From: Candidatus Tenderia sp.
Lineage (GTDB): Bacteria > Pseudomonadota > Gammaproteobacteria > Tenderiales > Tenderiaceae
Direction of reading: 5' to 3'
DNA: 64,000 nt
NCBI GenBank assembly: GCA_031416075.1
Contig: JANOSY010000089.1
Span: forward strand, 21,087-85,086
Below are positions 1 to 9,890 of this stretch, one piece after another. Every line of letters begins with the position of its first letter. The first letter of the stretch is position 1. A program made the translations under genes and the position numbers. A model generated the notes under the pieces. It was not told the origin of the DNA, searched no databases, and was given only the letters and a program-made list of their open reading frames with translations.

Positions 1-1626
1 GATTTGATCAATAGTAACAGTAACAGTGGCGTTATTCGTAACGCCATTGCTTGAAACTGTAATGGTTGTATCACCAGGTGCCACCGCCGTGATCAGGCCG
101 GTACTGTCCACTGATGCGATGGCGGGATCGCTGGATTCCCAAATTAAACTCGGATCATATATCGGCATTGCGTCTAGATAAGCAGTGGCCAAAATCCGCC
201 GCGCCTCGCCTGAAGGCAAGGTAACAACCTTTGTGGATAACTCAATGCGAGTAATCGGTTGAGGTGGTTGTGGGTCATATGAAGGAAGTGGATGAACAAC
301 AACTGAAACTTTAATCGAATCGTTTGAAAGATTAATATCCGAGCTGTTTTTGGCAAATTCGGCCGTTATTTGGCTGATGCCAGCCGCCGTCGCTCGGAAG
401 GAGAAATGAAGATAGATGTATTCACCTGGATTGATGGTATTTAATGAACATGTTAGCCCATTAACAGCTGCACAATAGCCATAATCTTCATAGAGTGTCG
501 GCAACTCTATGCCAATGGTTTTAAGCGTGAGCGTTACATCATGGGCGGCAACAGCGCCTTGATTAATAACTCTTAGTGATCCATAAATAATATCGCCAAC
601 CGTCCCATTCCAGGACCGGTAGCTATCTGATAGTGTTAAATCTGGTCCTTGGCTGGTTAAAGCCACCATGCCTTGGTCAACGCCTTCAATGGTGAGCTTA
701 GCAAAGCCACATCCCGTTGAGGTTAATTGATAACTCATCGTTGCAATGTTATTACCAGTCAAGACAAGGCTTCCCCCAACAGGGGTATGGCAAACCACAG
801 ACGTAGAAAAGTTATCTAGATCAAATTGAAGATCATTGAACGTAATCTGGGTAGTTTGTCGGTCTGCGTTTATATAGGTTCCGTTGCCATTTATCGTTTC
901 GATGTCGCTATTTTGGCTGCTGGTAACGGTAGCCGTATATTTAATCGACTCTATTTTTCCACTGTTATCACGAGCACTTAGTGCGATATCCCAATGCTCA
1001 AGCGTGGGCGATTCAATATGTACCTTCGAGGACCCCGAGACCTGTTGACCGTTAACGGTGTAATTTTCGTATGCAATATCGCTGTTGGCGGAGATTATCC
1101 CACCACTAACAAGCATATAGACATCACTTACTTTAATGGTGATTTTTCCGCTACGACTTATGCCATCTAGTGAATCAACACAGGAGGATCCGTAATCAAT
1201 AATAATCGAATAACCTTTGCTGCTGACAAGATTAGGTTGTGTGATAACAGGGCATCCACTATAGGCCGATGTCTGTGGAGTACGTATGGATCTTAAATTA
1301 GCGTCACTGGTTACCGACGCATCAGTGACAAATGCACCAGATGGGTAAGCGGCTGGGCGTAACTTACCGTCCAATACCATGCCGCCTCGTGCGATGCGCA
1401 TAACATCTGTGACTAAATTGATTGTACTAATACTGCTCTGAGTGGCTGAGTCAGCTGTGAATTGAATGGGTTGAACGGGAGGTGGTGTTGTAGAGGGTGA
1501 GCCACTATTTTCTACCAAACCACAACCTGCCAGAAAAACTGCCAATATTATTGCCAGTGAGTATTGGGGTTTTTTGAACAACAGACGAACATCAACCCAA
1601 AAATAGGCCGAGAATGAATTAAGCAT
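1..1626 (-). CDS. Large lipoprotein with DUF11-like and Ig-like (Big_2) domains; 3' end runs off the window
   Basis: Translated by hand (not in the ORF track): ATG at 1626, MLNSFSAY...AIILAVFLAGC lipobox, later PDLTLS...INQG and WESSDPAIASVDSTGLITAVAPGDTTITVS; frame open to position 1. Confidence 0.75.
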   Translation of the reverse strand, partial: MLNSFSAYFWVDVRLLFKKPQYSLAIILAVFLAGCGLVENSGSPSTTPPPVQPIQFTADSATQSSISTINLVTDVMRIARGGMVLDGKLRPAAYPSGAFVTDASVTSDANLRSIRTPQTSAYSGCPVITQPNLVSSKGYSIIIDYGSSCVDSLDGISRSGKITIKVSDVYMLVSGGIISANSDIAYENYTVNGQQVSGSSKVHIESPTLEHWDIALSARDNSGKIESIKYTATVTSSQNSDIETINGNGTYINADRQTTQITFNDLQFDLDNFSTSVVCHTPVGGSLVLTGNNIATMSYQLTSTGCGFAKLTIEGVDQGMVALTSQGPDLTLSDSYRSWNGTVGDIIYGSLRVINQGAVAAHDVTLTLKTIGIELPTLYEDYGYCAAVNGLTCSLNTINPGEYIYLHFSFRATAAGISQITAEFAKNSSDINLSNDSIKVSVVVHPLPSYDPQPPQPITRIELSTKVVTLPSGEARRILATAYLDAMPIYDPSLIWESSDPAIASVDSTGLITAVAPGDTTITVSSNGVTNNATVTVTIDQI

Positions 1627-1810
1627 GATCCCCTCAATCTTATATTTAGTTATAATTTTTATAAATTTATTTTGTGGCGTTTATCGCACCATTAATATGG
1701 TAATTATAAGACATGGGCACTGTAAACGCTATTTATACCGCTGTCCGGTAATCCATGCATAAAATAGGATATATGGTCGAAAGAGTACCCAAAAAAACTT
1801 CAGTGATATA

Positions 1811-2632
1811 GGTTCTGTTGACGTTTCCCAAGTTTAGTAGAATCTACCGTTTTAGGTTGGCATGGACAGAACCAAATTAAGGGATAGCGAGTGGGTGCGT
1901 ATATTGCCTGAATTGACAAAATTGACTGACGTGCATCTCGGATCGCTCGATAAATGCAGGCGATTTATTGGCGCATCATTGTGGATATTGCGCACAGGCG
2001 CGCAGTGGCGAACGCTGCCGCCAGAGCATGGCAAATGGAATAGCGTCTTCAAGCGATATTCACGTTGGTGCTCGAACGGTGCCTGGGATAAGTTGCCCAA
2101 CTGTTTTTCTGAACATGCTGATTTACAAGATGTTTCTATTGATGGAACGGTGACGAGAGCGCACGCCTGCGCCGCAGGCGCTGTGGGCAGTTCGGCTGAA
2201 AAAGAGGCGCTTGGGCGCTCCAAAGGCGGGTTTAGCAGCAAGATTCATGCGGCCTGTGATGCGATTGGAATGCCGATTAAGTTCATACTGACGGGTGGTC
2301 AAGCGGCTGAGTGCACGGTGGCCATGCCGTTGCTGGACGGTATCCAAACATCAGCACTTCTGGCAGATAAAGGCTACGACACAAACGAGTTGCGCACGTG
2401 GTTAAAGGCGCATGGGATAGAGGCTGTGATTCCGCCGAAATCGAACCGAAAAGAGCACATTGACTGCGATTTTTGGCTTTACAAGGAGCGGCACGCCGTC
2501 GAATGCATGTTTGGCAAGCTCAAGCATTATCGTCGAATTGCCACTCGTTATGAGAAAAAAGCTATTAATTATATGGGGATGCTGTCTTTTGCGTCGGTGC
2601 TTCTATGGCTGAGATGAAACGTCAACAGAACC
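1811..2632 (+). mobile_element. Complete IS5-family insertion sequence (822 bp)
   Basis: Perfect 17-bp terminal inverted repeats GGTTCTGTTGACGTTTC / GAAACGTCAACAGAACC, with TA on both flanks. Confidence 0.9.
1862..2617 (+). CDS. IS5-family DDE transposase
   Basis: WILRTGAQWR, IDGT..RAH, GRSKGGFSSKIH, ADKGYD, YKERHAVECMFGKLKHYRRIATRYEK. Confidence 0.92.
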   Translation: MDRTKLRDSEWVRILPELTKLTDVHLGSLDKCRRFIGASLWILRTGAQWRTLPPEHGKWNSVFKRYSRWCSNGAWDKLPNCFSEHADLQDVSIDGTVTRAHACAAGAVGSSAEKEALGRSKGGFSSKIHAACDAIGMPIKFILTGGQAAECTVAMPLLDGIQTSALLADKGYDTNELRTWLKAHGIEAVIPPKSNRKEHIDCDFWLYKERHAVECMFGKLKHYRRIATRYEKKAINYMGMLSFASVLLWLR

Positions 2633-2694
2633 TAATATAGCTTATTCATCGGGGAATATGTTTGGTTCCGATATGTTGGTTTTTAAACAGCCTG

Positions 2695-3576
2695 TTAATT
2701 GGCAAAAGGTGTAACCTTCAGCGCTTTTAACGCAGCTTCCAATTTATCCAAACTGATGGGTTCTACAAAACCATCAATGCCAGCACTTTTAGCTGCGGCG
2801 TCATCTGATTTAAGTGCCAAAATAGCGGCTTTTACCTTTGCTGCCAGATCCGCTGGTGTGTTTTTGGAGGAGACCAGAAACCATTCTGGGTACAGATCTG
2901 TACTATGTGCTAATGGCAACTCATCTTTTTTCTCATCAACGATAGTAAAGTCACTAACAGATAGTTTCCCTTCTTTCTGCATTGCCTCCAGCACACCGCT
3001 CCGAATAAAACCAACGTCTATCACACCCGCTTTAACCGATAACGGAATATCATCCTGCTTTTTAGACTCTATAAATGATGCAAATTCCGATGACTTAACA
3101 CCGGCCTGCAAAACGTGGCTGGTCTGGAATAACCAGGCACCGGCAGAGACGCCAAATTGATAGCCCATGACATGTTTGCCTTTCAGATCCGTGGATTTAT
3201 TAATGCCGCTACCACTTTTAGAGATAATCACCCCGGCAAACTTTGTTGCCCCTTTGGTTTTCATCGTGGCCATGGGCTTGGCTCCCAATTGCTTAATGAC
3301 AACAGCCGCTAAGACGGGATTCACCAGGACAAAGTCAACCTCACCTTTTTCCACCGCGTCGTCTATCTTTTCGGCCAGCAGTGGTACCAGCTCAATCGGT
3401 TTTCCCGCCGCTGTGCTCATGTATTCTGTTAATGCCTCCCATTTTTTTGCCTCCAGTGGTCCACGGGGTGCATTGACACCAAAACGTAAGTCGGCAGCAT
3501 GGCCCGCCACAGAAAACAGCAATGCACCAACGCCCACTGCCCTTAACCAGATACTTTTACGCATAGATACCTTCAT
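2695..3576 (-). CDS. Stand-alone phosphate/phosphite/phosphonate-binding periplasmic protein (PhnD-like)
   Basis: Signal peptide; GEVDFVLVNP, SDLKGK-like segment, STDLYPEW; no ABC partner genes adjacent. Confidence 0.7.
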   Translation of the reverse strand: MKVSMRKSIWLRAVGVGALLFSVAGHAADLRFGVNAPRGPLEAKKWEALTEYMSTAAGKPIELVPLLAEKIDDAVEKGEVDFVLVNPVLAAVVIKQLGAKPMATMKTKGATKFAGVIISKSGSGINKSTDLKGKHVMGYQFGVSAGAWLFQTSHVLQAGVKSSEFASFIESKKQDDIPLSVKAGVIDVGFIRSGVLEAMQKEGKLSVSDFTIVDEKKDELPLAHSTDLYPEWFLVSSKNTPADLAAKVKAAILALKSDDAAAKSAGIDGFVEPISLDKLEAALKALKVTPFAN

Positions 3577-3745
3577 ATACTTACAGTAATTATTCGGCGC
3601 TTATTAACAAAACTGAAACAAGCAACATTCATCACTAGGGAGTAACGGCGGTAGCAGGTTTTTTCTTTAAACGGGGAGAGGCTGTTTGTATTACAGCGCT
3701 AACAGGTCTGTTATGGCGAGGTATCAACTAGTGGATGGGGGCTAA

Positions 3746-4204
3746 GGAACCTCTGAATAATCCCCACAATCTGGCATAATTATCACCGTTAATCCAGCGA
3801 GATAAAAAGATGACTCAACTGACTTTGGCCGAAGCAGAGTATGCCCACAAAAGACACAAAACACGCCGTGAGCTGTTGCTGGCGAAAATGGATAGGTTGA
3901 TCCCCTAGACCAAGTTGGAAAAAAATTGCACCCTATTACCCCAAGGCCGAGAACGTCCGTCCGCCCTATCCATTACCCACCATGCTGCGCGTACACAGCC
4001 TGCAATTATTTTACAATCTAAGTGATCCTGCCATGGAAGACGCATTGTATGAAATCGAATCCATGCGCCAATTTGTCGGTTTGCGGTTATCCGAACGTCT
4101 GCCAGATGAGACCATGATACTAAACTTCCGCCACTTTCTGGAACAACACAACCTGGGCAAAACACTATTCAACACCATCCATCAACATCTATCCGAACAG
4201 CTCC
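3746..4204 (+). pseudogene. Truncated IS5-subgroup element with a degraded transposase
   Basis: CTAA|GGAACCTCTGAATAA left end; ATG 3810 MTQLTLAEAEYAHKRHKTRRE..IP*; after a frameshift [33 protein letters not shown]; no DDE C-terminus. Confidence 0.85.
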
Positions 4205-4235
4205 GTAGGGTGGGCACGTCTTCTGTGCCCACGCG
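4205..4235 (+). repeat. GTAG-type REP hairpin
   Basis: GTAGG-GTGGGCAC-loop-GTGCCCAC-GCG. Confidence 0.65.
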
Positions 4236-4259
4236 GAACAATGGAATATTACACATCCA

Positions 4260-4763
4260 ATGACGCTCTCTGTTAACACCAAACACCATTTCCACAACAT
4301 CACCACGCTCGGCATCATCAGCGATACTCACGGTCTGTTACGTGATGAGGCTAAGGCTGCATTGCAAGGGAGTGATCTGATTTTTCATGCCGGTGACATC
4401 GGCACCCGTGCTGTTCTTGATAAGTTGCAGCAGATTGCGCCGACCATCGCGGTGCGCGGTAACATCGATAGTGACCGTTGGGCGGAGGCATTGCCGGAGG
4501 TTGTAACTGTGTCGGTGAATGGTATGAAGTTTCTGCTGCTGCACAACATCAGGGATCTGACTATTGATCCGGCGGTGCTGGGTTATCGGGCGGTGACCTA
4601 TGGCCATTCACACAAGCCGCACAACGAACTGAAATCGGGTGTGCTCTTTTTTAATCCCGCCAGTGCCGGGCCGCGCCGTTTTTCGCTGCCGATTGCGGTG
4701 GGAAAGATTGTTTTAACGGCTGACGAGTTGCAGGCGCAGATTGTTGAACTCGATTGTGGTTAG
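4260..4763 (+). CDS. Metallophosphoesterase (YfcE/MJ0936 family)
   Basis: ISDTHG, HAGD, VRGNID, GHSH, FNPASAG. Confidence 0.88.
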   Translation: MTLSVNTKHHFHNITTLGIISDTHGLLRDEAKAALQGSDLIFHAGDIGTRAVLDKLQQIAPTIAVRGNIDSDRWAEALPEVVTVSVNGMKFLLLHNIRDLTIDPAVLGYRAVTYGHSHKPHNELKSGVLFFNPASAGPRRFSLPIAVGKIVLTADELQAQIVELDCG

Positions 4764-4766
4764 TGG

Positions 4767-5261
4767 CTACAGCACAATCGGTCTGTTGGGTAGTTCATTA
4801 ATGTTGTTGGTGGCGGCCGGAAAGTGTTGTGTCAGCAGCTTGCTAATGGCGATAATTCCATCGATCACACCCGCCTCAAACTGTTGCTGACGGAACCGCT
4901 GTTCCATCTGTTGGCAGATGGCTTCCCAGGTCTCATTGCCAACGTGCTGATGGATGCCTCGGTCGGCGATGATTTCGATGTCACGATCGGCCAGCAGTAG
5001 ATAGATCAGTACACCGCTGTTCTGTTCGGTGTCCCAAACCCGCAGTTGTGAAAAGAGTTCGATGGCCCGTTCACGGGCGCTCATCCGGCGCATAAGTGCG
5101 TTAAAGCTGAGGTGTGTCTCCACTACAAAACGTAACTCACCGTGGTGATGTGTCTCGCTATCGGCGATGGCCGCTTCAATGTTATCCAGCATTGATATTG
5201 GTAGTGTGCGTTGTCGCCACCAATTGGGTATTAGCAGGTGTCTTATCAGTCGTTTTATCAT
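4767..5261 (-). CDS. TPM-domain protein
   Basis: Start MIKRLIRHL at 5261; GELRFVVE, WDTEQNSGVLIYLLLADRDIEIIADRGI. Confidence 0.85.
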   Translation of the reverse strand: MIKRLIRHLLIPNWWRQRTLPISMLDNIEAAIADSETHHHGELRFVVETHLSFNALMRRMSARERAIELFSQLRVWDTEQNSGVLIYLLLADRDIEIIADRGIHQHVGNETWEAICQQMEQRFRQQQFEAGVIDGIIAISKLLTQHFPAATNNINELPNRPIVL

Positions 5262-5262
5262 T

Positions 5263-6144
5263 TCACCACCGTCCTGATGCGCCGCCGCCACCAAAGCCAC
5301 CACCACCACCGCCAAAACCGCCGCCGCCAAAGCCACCACTCCGCCCCATGCCATTGCCACCCATTCCACCAAAACCACCACCGCCGTGCCCACCACTGGC
5401 CAGGGTGAAGATAAAGACGAAGATAGCGGCGATCAGCGTAAATATCAGTGAGCTGAAGAGTAACCAGGTGGCGACGCCGATGATGGTGCTAACGATGGTG
5501 GCACCGAGTAGCTGGCCAAAGAGTGCCCGCATCATACCTGTCAAGACAACGGTGGCGACTATGAGTGCGATGAGTGTATTGCCCGCACCATCGGCACTAC
5601 CATTTTGTTGCGACTTTGGTTCTGGTAGCGGTTCACCTTCGATCAGGCGCGCCAAACGATCAACGCCTGCCACCAGTCCGGTGTAGTAGTCGTTGTCACG
5701 AAAATGGGGCAGCATGATTTCGTTGATTACCCGTTTGGCGATGGCGTCGGGTATCACCCCTTCAAGGCCATACCCCACTTCGAGTCGCGTGGCGCGATCT
5801 TGCAGTGCGACCAGAATCAACAGGCCATCATCTATCCCTTTGCGTCCCAGTTGCCACTGCTCTGCTACACGGATTGCATATTGCTCGATGGTTTCAGGTG
5901 CGGTGGTGGGCACTAACAGGATGGCAATCTGGCTCCCTTTGTTGGTCTCCAGTGCACGCAGTGTTGCGTCCAGTTGTGCCAGTTGGTTTTGTGAGAGTGT
6001 GGCGCTGAGATCGGTGATGCGTGTTTTGAGCGGCGGCACCACAATCTCTGCTGTTGCTTGCAGGGTAGTGAACAGTAGCAGACAGAGCAGCCACCAGCGC
6101 CAGACTGGTGCTGCGCTATCGGTTATTGATGTGTGTAGTGGCAT
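5263..6144 (-). CDS. TPM-domain membrane protein (YgcG family) with Gly-rich tail
   Basis: WQLGRKGIDDGLLILVA, EVGYGLEG, GGGFGGGGASGRW. Confidence 0.88.
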   Translation of the reverse strand: MPLHTSITDSAAPVWRWWLLCLLLFTTLQATAEIVVPPLKTRITDLSATLSQNQLAQLDATLRALETNKGSQIAILLVPTTAPETIEQYAIRVAEQWQLGRKGIDDGLLILVALQDRATRLEVGYGLEGVIPDAIAKRVINEIMLPHFRDNDYYTGLVAGVDRLARLIEGEPLPEPKSQQNGSADGAGNTLIALIVATVVLTGMMRALFGQLLGATIVSTIIGVATWLLFSSLIFTLIAAIFVFIFTLASGGHGGGGFGGMGGNGMGRSGGFGGGGFGGGGGGFGGGGASGRW

Positions 6145-6147
6145 CGA

Positions 6148-6750
6148 TTAATTGGCCGGTGTTGTACCAAAATCAACTTTGGGCGGGGTTGAAATCTCTT
6201 TTTCGTTTTCAACGGCAAAGTTCGATTTTACTTTGGCACCGGTGACCATGGCGGTTAAGTTGCTGGGGAATGAACGTACGGTGATGTTGTAGGCCTCAAC
6301 TGCTTTGATGTATCGGTTGCGGGCAACGGTGATACGATTTTCGGTCCCTTCCAGTTGCGCCTGCAAGTCACGGAACAGTCCGTCGGCTTTTAGTTGTGGA
6401 TAGTTTTCAGCCACTAACATTAAACGTGATAGTGCGGAGGAGAGTTGGCCCTGGCTGGCTTGAAATCTGGCAAACGCTTCAGGGTCATTAATTAATTCAG
6501 GGGTTGCCTGCATTGAACCTACTCTGGCACGCGCTTCGGTCACGGTGGTGAGCACTTCCGATTCATGGGCAGCATAACCTTTAACGGTATTAACAAGATT
6601 GGGTACCAGGTCGGCGCGCCGCTGATATTGGTTGAGCACTTCAGACCAGCTGGATTTGATCTGTTCATCGGTTGCTTGCAGTGTGTTGTAGCCACAGCCG
6701 CTGAGCAGCAGGCTGATGATCAATATTAAATAAGGTGTTAAATGGCGCAT
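6148..6750 (-). CDS. lemA: LemA family protein
   Basis: YQRRADLVPNLVNTVKGYA, ENYPQLKA, LEGTENRITVAR; probable start MRHL at 6750. Confidence 0.9.
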   Translation of the reverse strand: MRHLTPYLILIISLLLSGCGYNTLQATDEQIKSSWSEVLNQYQRRADLVPNLVNTVKGYAAHESEVLTTVTEARARVGSMQATPELINDPEAFARFQASQGQLSSALSRLMLVAENYPQLKADGLFRDLQAQLEGTENRITVARNRYIKAVEAYNITVRSFPSNLTAMVTGAKVKSNFAVENEKEISTPPKVDFGTTPAN

Positions 6751-6807
6751 GGTATCGCTCTCCTGGTAATCATGGTTAACCAATGTTTTATGGGGCGTGA
6801 TGCCCAG

Positions 6808-7809
6808 CTATTTTTTTATGGCCGGTTCTGGTTTTGTGGAAAAGTCTAACACACTGTTGCGTAGTGTCTCCGACAGGATAGTATTGGTATCGTCCAGCAG
6901 TCGCTGGCGTGTCTGTTCGATGGTAGTGGCAGATACTTTGAGTGGCCAACGTTTTATTCCAATATCCTTGCCGTTACTATCTCTCATGTTTAGCTCCAGT
7001 GTGCCTCGCAGCCAGTACCATCCCCGTTGCATGACCAGCGGGTCGAGTGTGGCGCTGATGTTGAGTGTGTAGTCAGGGCTCTCTTCGCTGAGAAAAAACC
7101 CGGCGGCTGATGCTGCACTGCTCAGTTGATGTTGCAGATCATCCTGCATCTCGCCACGGGCGCTGGTGGCGATTTTTGTTTTATTGATGATTGCGTCACG
7201 GTTGTGTTGTAACTCAGAGAGTGCAGTGGTGGATGGAGTTATGTTAGGGGCATTTTCATCAATGACCTGTAGTGCACTCTGTGCCATATTGCGTTGTTGT
7301 TGTAGTTCGATGGCCTTTTGCAGCAGCGCTGCTTTTGCCAGCGGCAGGGTGGCTAGCTCTAGCTGTTTCAGTTGTTGTGCGGTAGCGTTGTCAAGACGAG
7401 CGATATCCTGTTTGAACTGCTGTTGTGCACGGTTGCGTGATAAGACCGCCAGCACATGGTGGCGCTTGTTGGTTTTATCGTGCCACATGCCACCAATCTC
7501 AATGCCTTGCAGTGTACGTGATGTATAGCGGTTGATGTTGCTGGATGTCTGTCCTATAGAATCGCCTTGATTTTGTTGGCTGTGTGTTTGTATGGCGTCT
7601 CCAAGCTGCGTGGCTATCTCGCTGCGTGCAATATCTTTAGCACTGTTTAGATCGGCGGCACTGCCGTGACCAGTGAAATAGAGTGTGGGTGGAAATTTTA
7701 TACTGCTGCCCGTTACCCATTCAGGCTCGGGTACTTTTACGGGCATAAGGCTGCAAGCATTTAGAAGGAGTATGGTCAGTGTAATGAGGGTTGTGTAGAT
7801 GATTTTCAT
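6808..7809 (-). CDS. LPP20-family lipoprotein
   Basis: LNAC lipobox, PEWV, G.G...AKDIARSEIA; lies in the LpoB-like cluster. Confidence 0.65.
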   Translation of the reverse strand: MKIIYTTLITLTILLLNACSLMPVKVPEPEWVTGSSIKFPPTLYFTGHGSAADLNSAKDIARSEIATQLGDAIQTHSQQNQGDSIGQTSSNINRYTSRTLQGIEIGGMWHDKTNKRHHVLAVLSRNRAQQQFKQDIARLDNATAQQLKQLELATLPLAKAALLQKAIELQQQRNMAQSALQVIDENAPNITPSTTALSELQHNRDAIINKTKIATSARGEMQDDLQHQLSSAASAAGFFLSEESPDYTLNISATLDPLVMQRGWYWLRGTLELNMRDSNGKDIGIKRWPLKVSATTIEQTRQRLLDDTNTILSETLRNSVLDFSTKPEPAIKK

Positions 7810-9110
7810 CAGCGTGGTCTCGTGCCGGTAGCGTTGGAGTTGGCCCAGTGCCAGGAGATAAAGTGTAGTGTATCTTTGGTGATCTTTACATCAGGCCATA
7901 ATTTTGAATATTGGTTATCAAGTTTAAGTTCAATGTCATATTTGTCCGGCAGCAGTGTGGTGCGGGCGATTAAAATGTTTTGTGGCAGTGTATTCCAGGC
8001 GCGGGTATCGGCCTGCTCGCTAACAAAGGTGGCAATGTTGAGGGCGATCCCGAGTAGCGGAGATTGCCCGCTGGCATTGTCTACCAGTTTGTTTTTAACA
8101 CTGACTCGGGCAACGGTGCGGGCAATAATCGCGGGCATCTGGGCGCGCAGATTGGCATTGGCGTGTTGATCAAGTTGATCAATTAATTCGGCCTGACTCC
8201 GCTGGCCAGCGGCCAGCAGTGTGATGCTGTGAATCTGGGGTATCCGTGTTTCATAAAATGGAACGGATATACGGTGCAGTTGGCCATTGTTGAATGAGGC
8301 GGCACTGATGGCTTGGCTATGTTTGCGGGGTATCAGACCATTGAAGATAACGGCTACTATCTGGCCCTTCTGTTTTAGTTCGGCCTGTGTCGGCCACTCT
8401 TTGAGTTGAAACTCGTCTTGATATTTTTTCTGTTCGTCATGGATGCCAAGATGTTCACTGAGCCTTAACAGGTCTTGCTGTAACAGTAATGGAATTTTTG
8501 TGTTGTTGGCACGGTAATCGTTATAGGTTTGGCGATAGGCGATCATTGCATCATCAAGTTCGTCGTTGGCCTCAAAGATCAGGCCGATGATGTAATGGGC
8601 AAAGGGCAGCTGATTGTTGTCGTTGTTCTGTTTAAGCAGTTCGTTGAGTTGCAACGCCTCAACACGTGCACTGTTGTTTTCACCCAGCTCCAGATAGTTG
8701 AGCGCCATGATAGTGTGTAACATGGCCCGTTCAAAAAGCGGTGGCAGATAGCTACGCATGGCGTCATTAACAGAGATGGCGGCGGCCTGTTCGCGCAGGC
8801 TGAGGGCATCCAGTGTTTCAATGATGGGTTTGGCCTGTTCCAAGGCTGTGTTGCTTGCCTGCAACTCTCCCTGCATACGCAGCAGTATCCCTTTGTTGAG
8901 ATGATAAAGAACTTTATCGCGATCACTCAGTTTTTGATCATCAAGGGCCTTCAGCGCTTTTTCTGGCTGTTGCAACATCAGATGTTTTTCTAATACATCC
9001 TGTTGATAGGTAAAGCTGACGCAGCCACTGCTGATCAGTGTGATCGTTAGAATAAAAACGAGAGAGACCGCCCGGAAGGCGGCCTCTTTACTGCCATGCC
9101 TGTTTTTCAC
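7809..9110 (-). CDS. COG3014-like TPR lipoprotein
   Basis: SSGC lipobox, ARVEA, ADTRAWNTLP. Confidence 0.7.
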   Translation of the reverse strand: MKNRHGSKEAAFRAVSLVFILTITLISSGCVSFTYQQDVLEKHLMLQQPEKALKALDDQKLSDRDKVLYHLNKGILLRMQGELQASNTALEQAKPIIETLDALSLREQAAAISVNDAMRSYLPPLFERAMLHTIMALNYLELGENNSARVEALQLNELLKQNNDNNQLPFAHYIIGLIFEANDELDDAMIAYRQTYNDYRANNTKIPLLLQQDLLRLSEHLGIHDEQKKYQDEFQLKEWPTQAELKQKGQIVAVIFNGLIPRKHSQAISAASFNNGQLHRISVPFYETRIPQIHSITLLAAGQRSQAELIDQLDQHANANLRAQMPAIIARTVARVSVKNKLVDNASGQSPLLGIALNIATFVSEQADTRAWNTLPQNILIARTTLLPDKYDIELKLDNQYSKLWPDVKITKDTLHFISWHWANSNATGTRPR

Positions 9111-9119
9111 GTCGGTTGT

Positions 9120-9731
9120 TTACCAGCGTAGTCCAGGACGTTTGACAAGTTTTTTGATCTTTTTCTGTCCGACCCAAACTTTACGATTGTCGGCCATGCT
9201 GATCAGGGTGAGGTCGATCTGATAGTAACGGACTTGAGTTTTGCCGTCGGTATCGAGGATGGAGTTGATGGTCCCTTTGAGCATAAAGTCAGCACCAATC
9301 TCCTGACCCATGGCGTTAATGGTACCAGTGCGGGCGTTGAGATCCTGATCACGGCGCTCATCACGGACTTCGTTACGTTCGCTGCGGGAGGCAACAAACT
9401 CAATTTTGCTGGCGTTAATCAGTTCACGCTCCATGTCGCCTACAAAGGTGGCAACGTTGATGTGCTCGTGACTCAGGTTTTTAATATCGCCAACAATGAC
9501 GGTGGGTACTTTCTGTTTTTGGCTTTGAAAGTCGGTGATCCATGCCCGTGACAACACATCGCGAATCATCTCCTCTGATACCAGTCGTGAGTCGGTGTCG
9601 TTCCAGTCACCGCTCAGGTCACTGCTCTCCTCTACGGCCATACGTTCAACGCTGGTGGTGCAGCCACTTAACAGACCGCCACCCAATGTCAGCGCCAACA
9701 GCGTTGTGCCTGTGATCAATTTACGTATCAT
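9120..9731 (-). CDS. LpoB/CsgG-like lipoprotein
   Basis: LSGC lipobox, DLSGDWNDTD, GADFMLKGTI, KVWVGQKKIKK. Confidence 0.75.
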   Translation of the reverse strand: MIRKLITGTTLLALTLGGGLLSGCTTSVERMAVEESSDLSGDWNDTDSRLVSEEMIRDVLSRAWITDFQSQKQKVPTVIVGDIKNLSHEHINVATFVGDMERELINASKIEFVASRSERNEVRDERRDQDLNARTGTINAMGQEIGADFMLKGTINSILDTDGKTQVRYYQIDLTLISMADNRKVWVGQKKIKKLVKRPGLRW

Positions 9732-9890
9732 TTTTCTATCTCCTGCCAGTCGGCCAAAAACGGTTGTCTAGCTTGTGCTGTTTATTCGGATCTATTTTGC
9801 CACCCACACCATCGGTTTGCCGGGATGGATGGTGTGGCGATGTTGATGAGCTGCCCTATTATGGTGGGATTGTTAGCGCTGCGCCAGCGG

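Noticed and set aside
1811-4204. Composite transposon carrying the PhnD-like gene
   Set aside because: The two IS5-family elements have different ends and transposases, and the second is truncated
5280-5400. CCA/CCG short tandem repeats
   Set aside because: They encode the normal Gly-rich tail of the TPM protein
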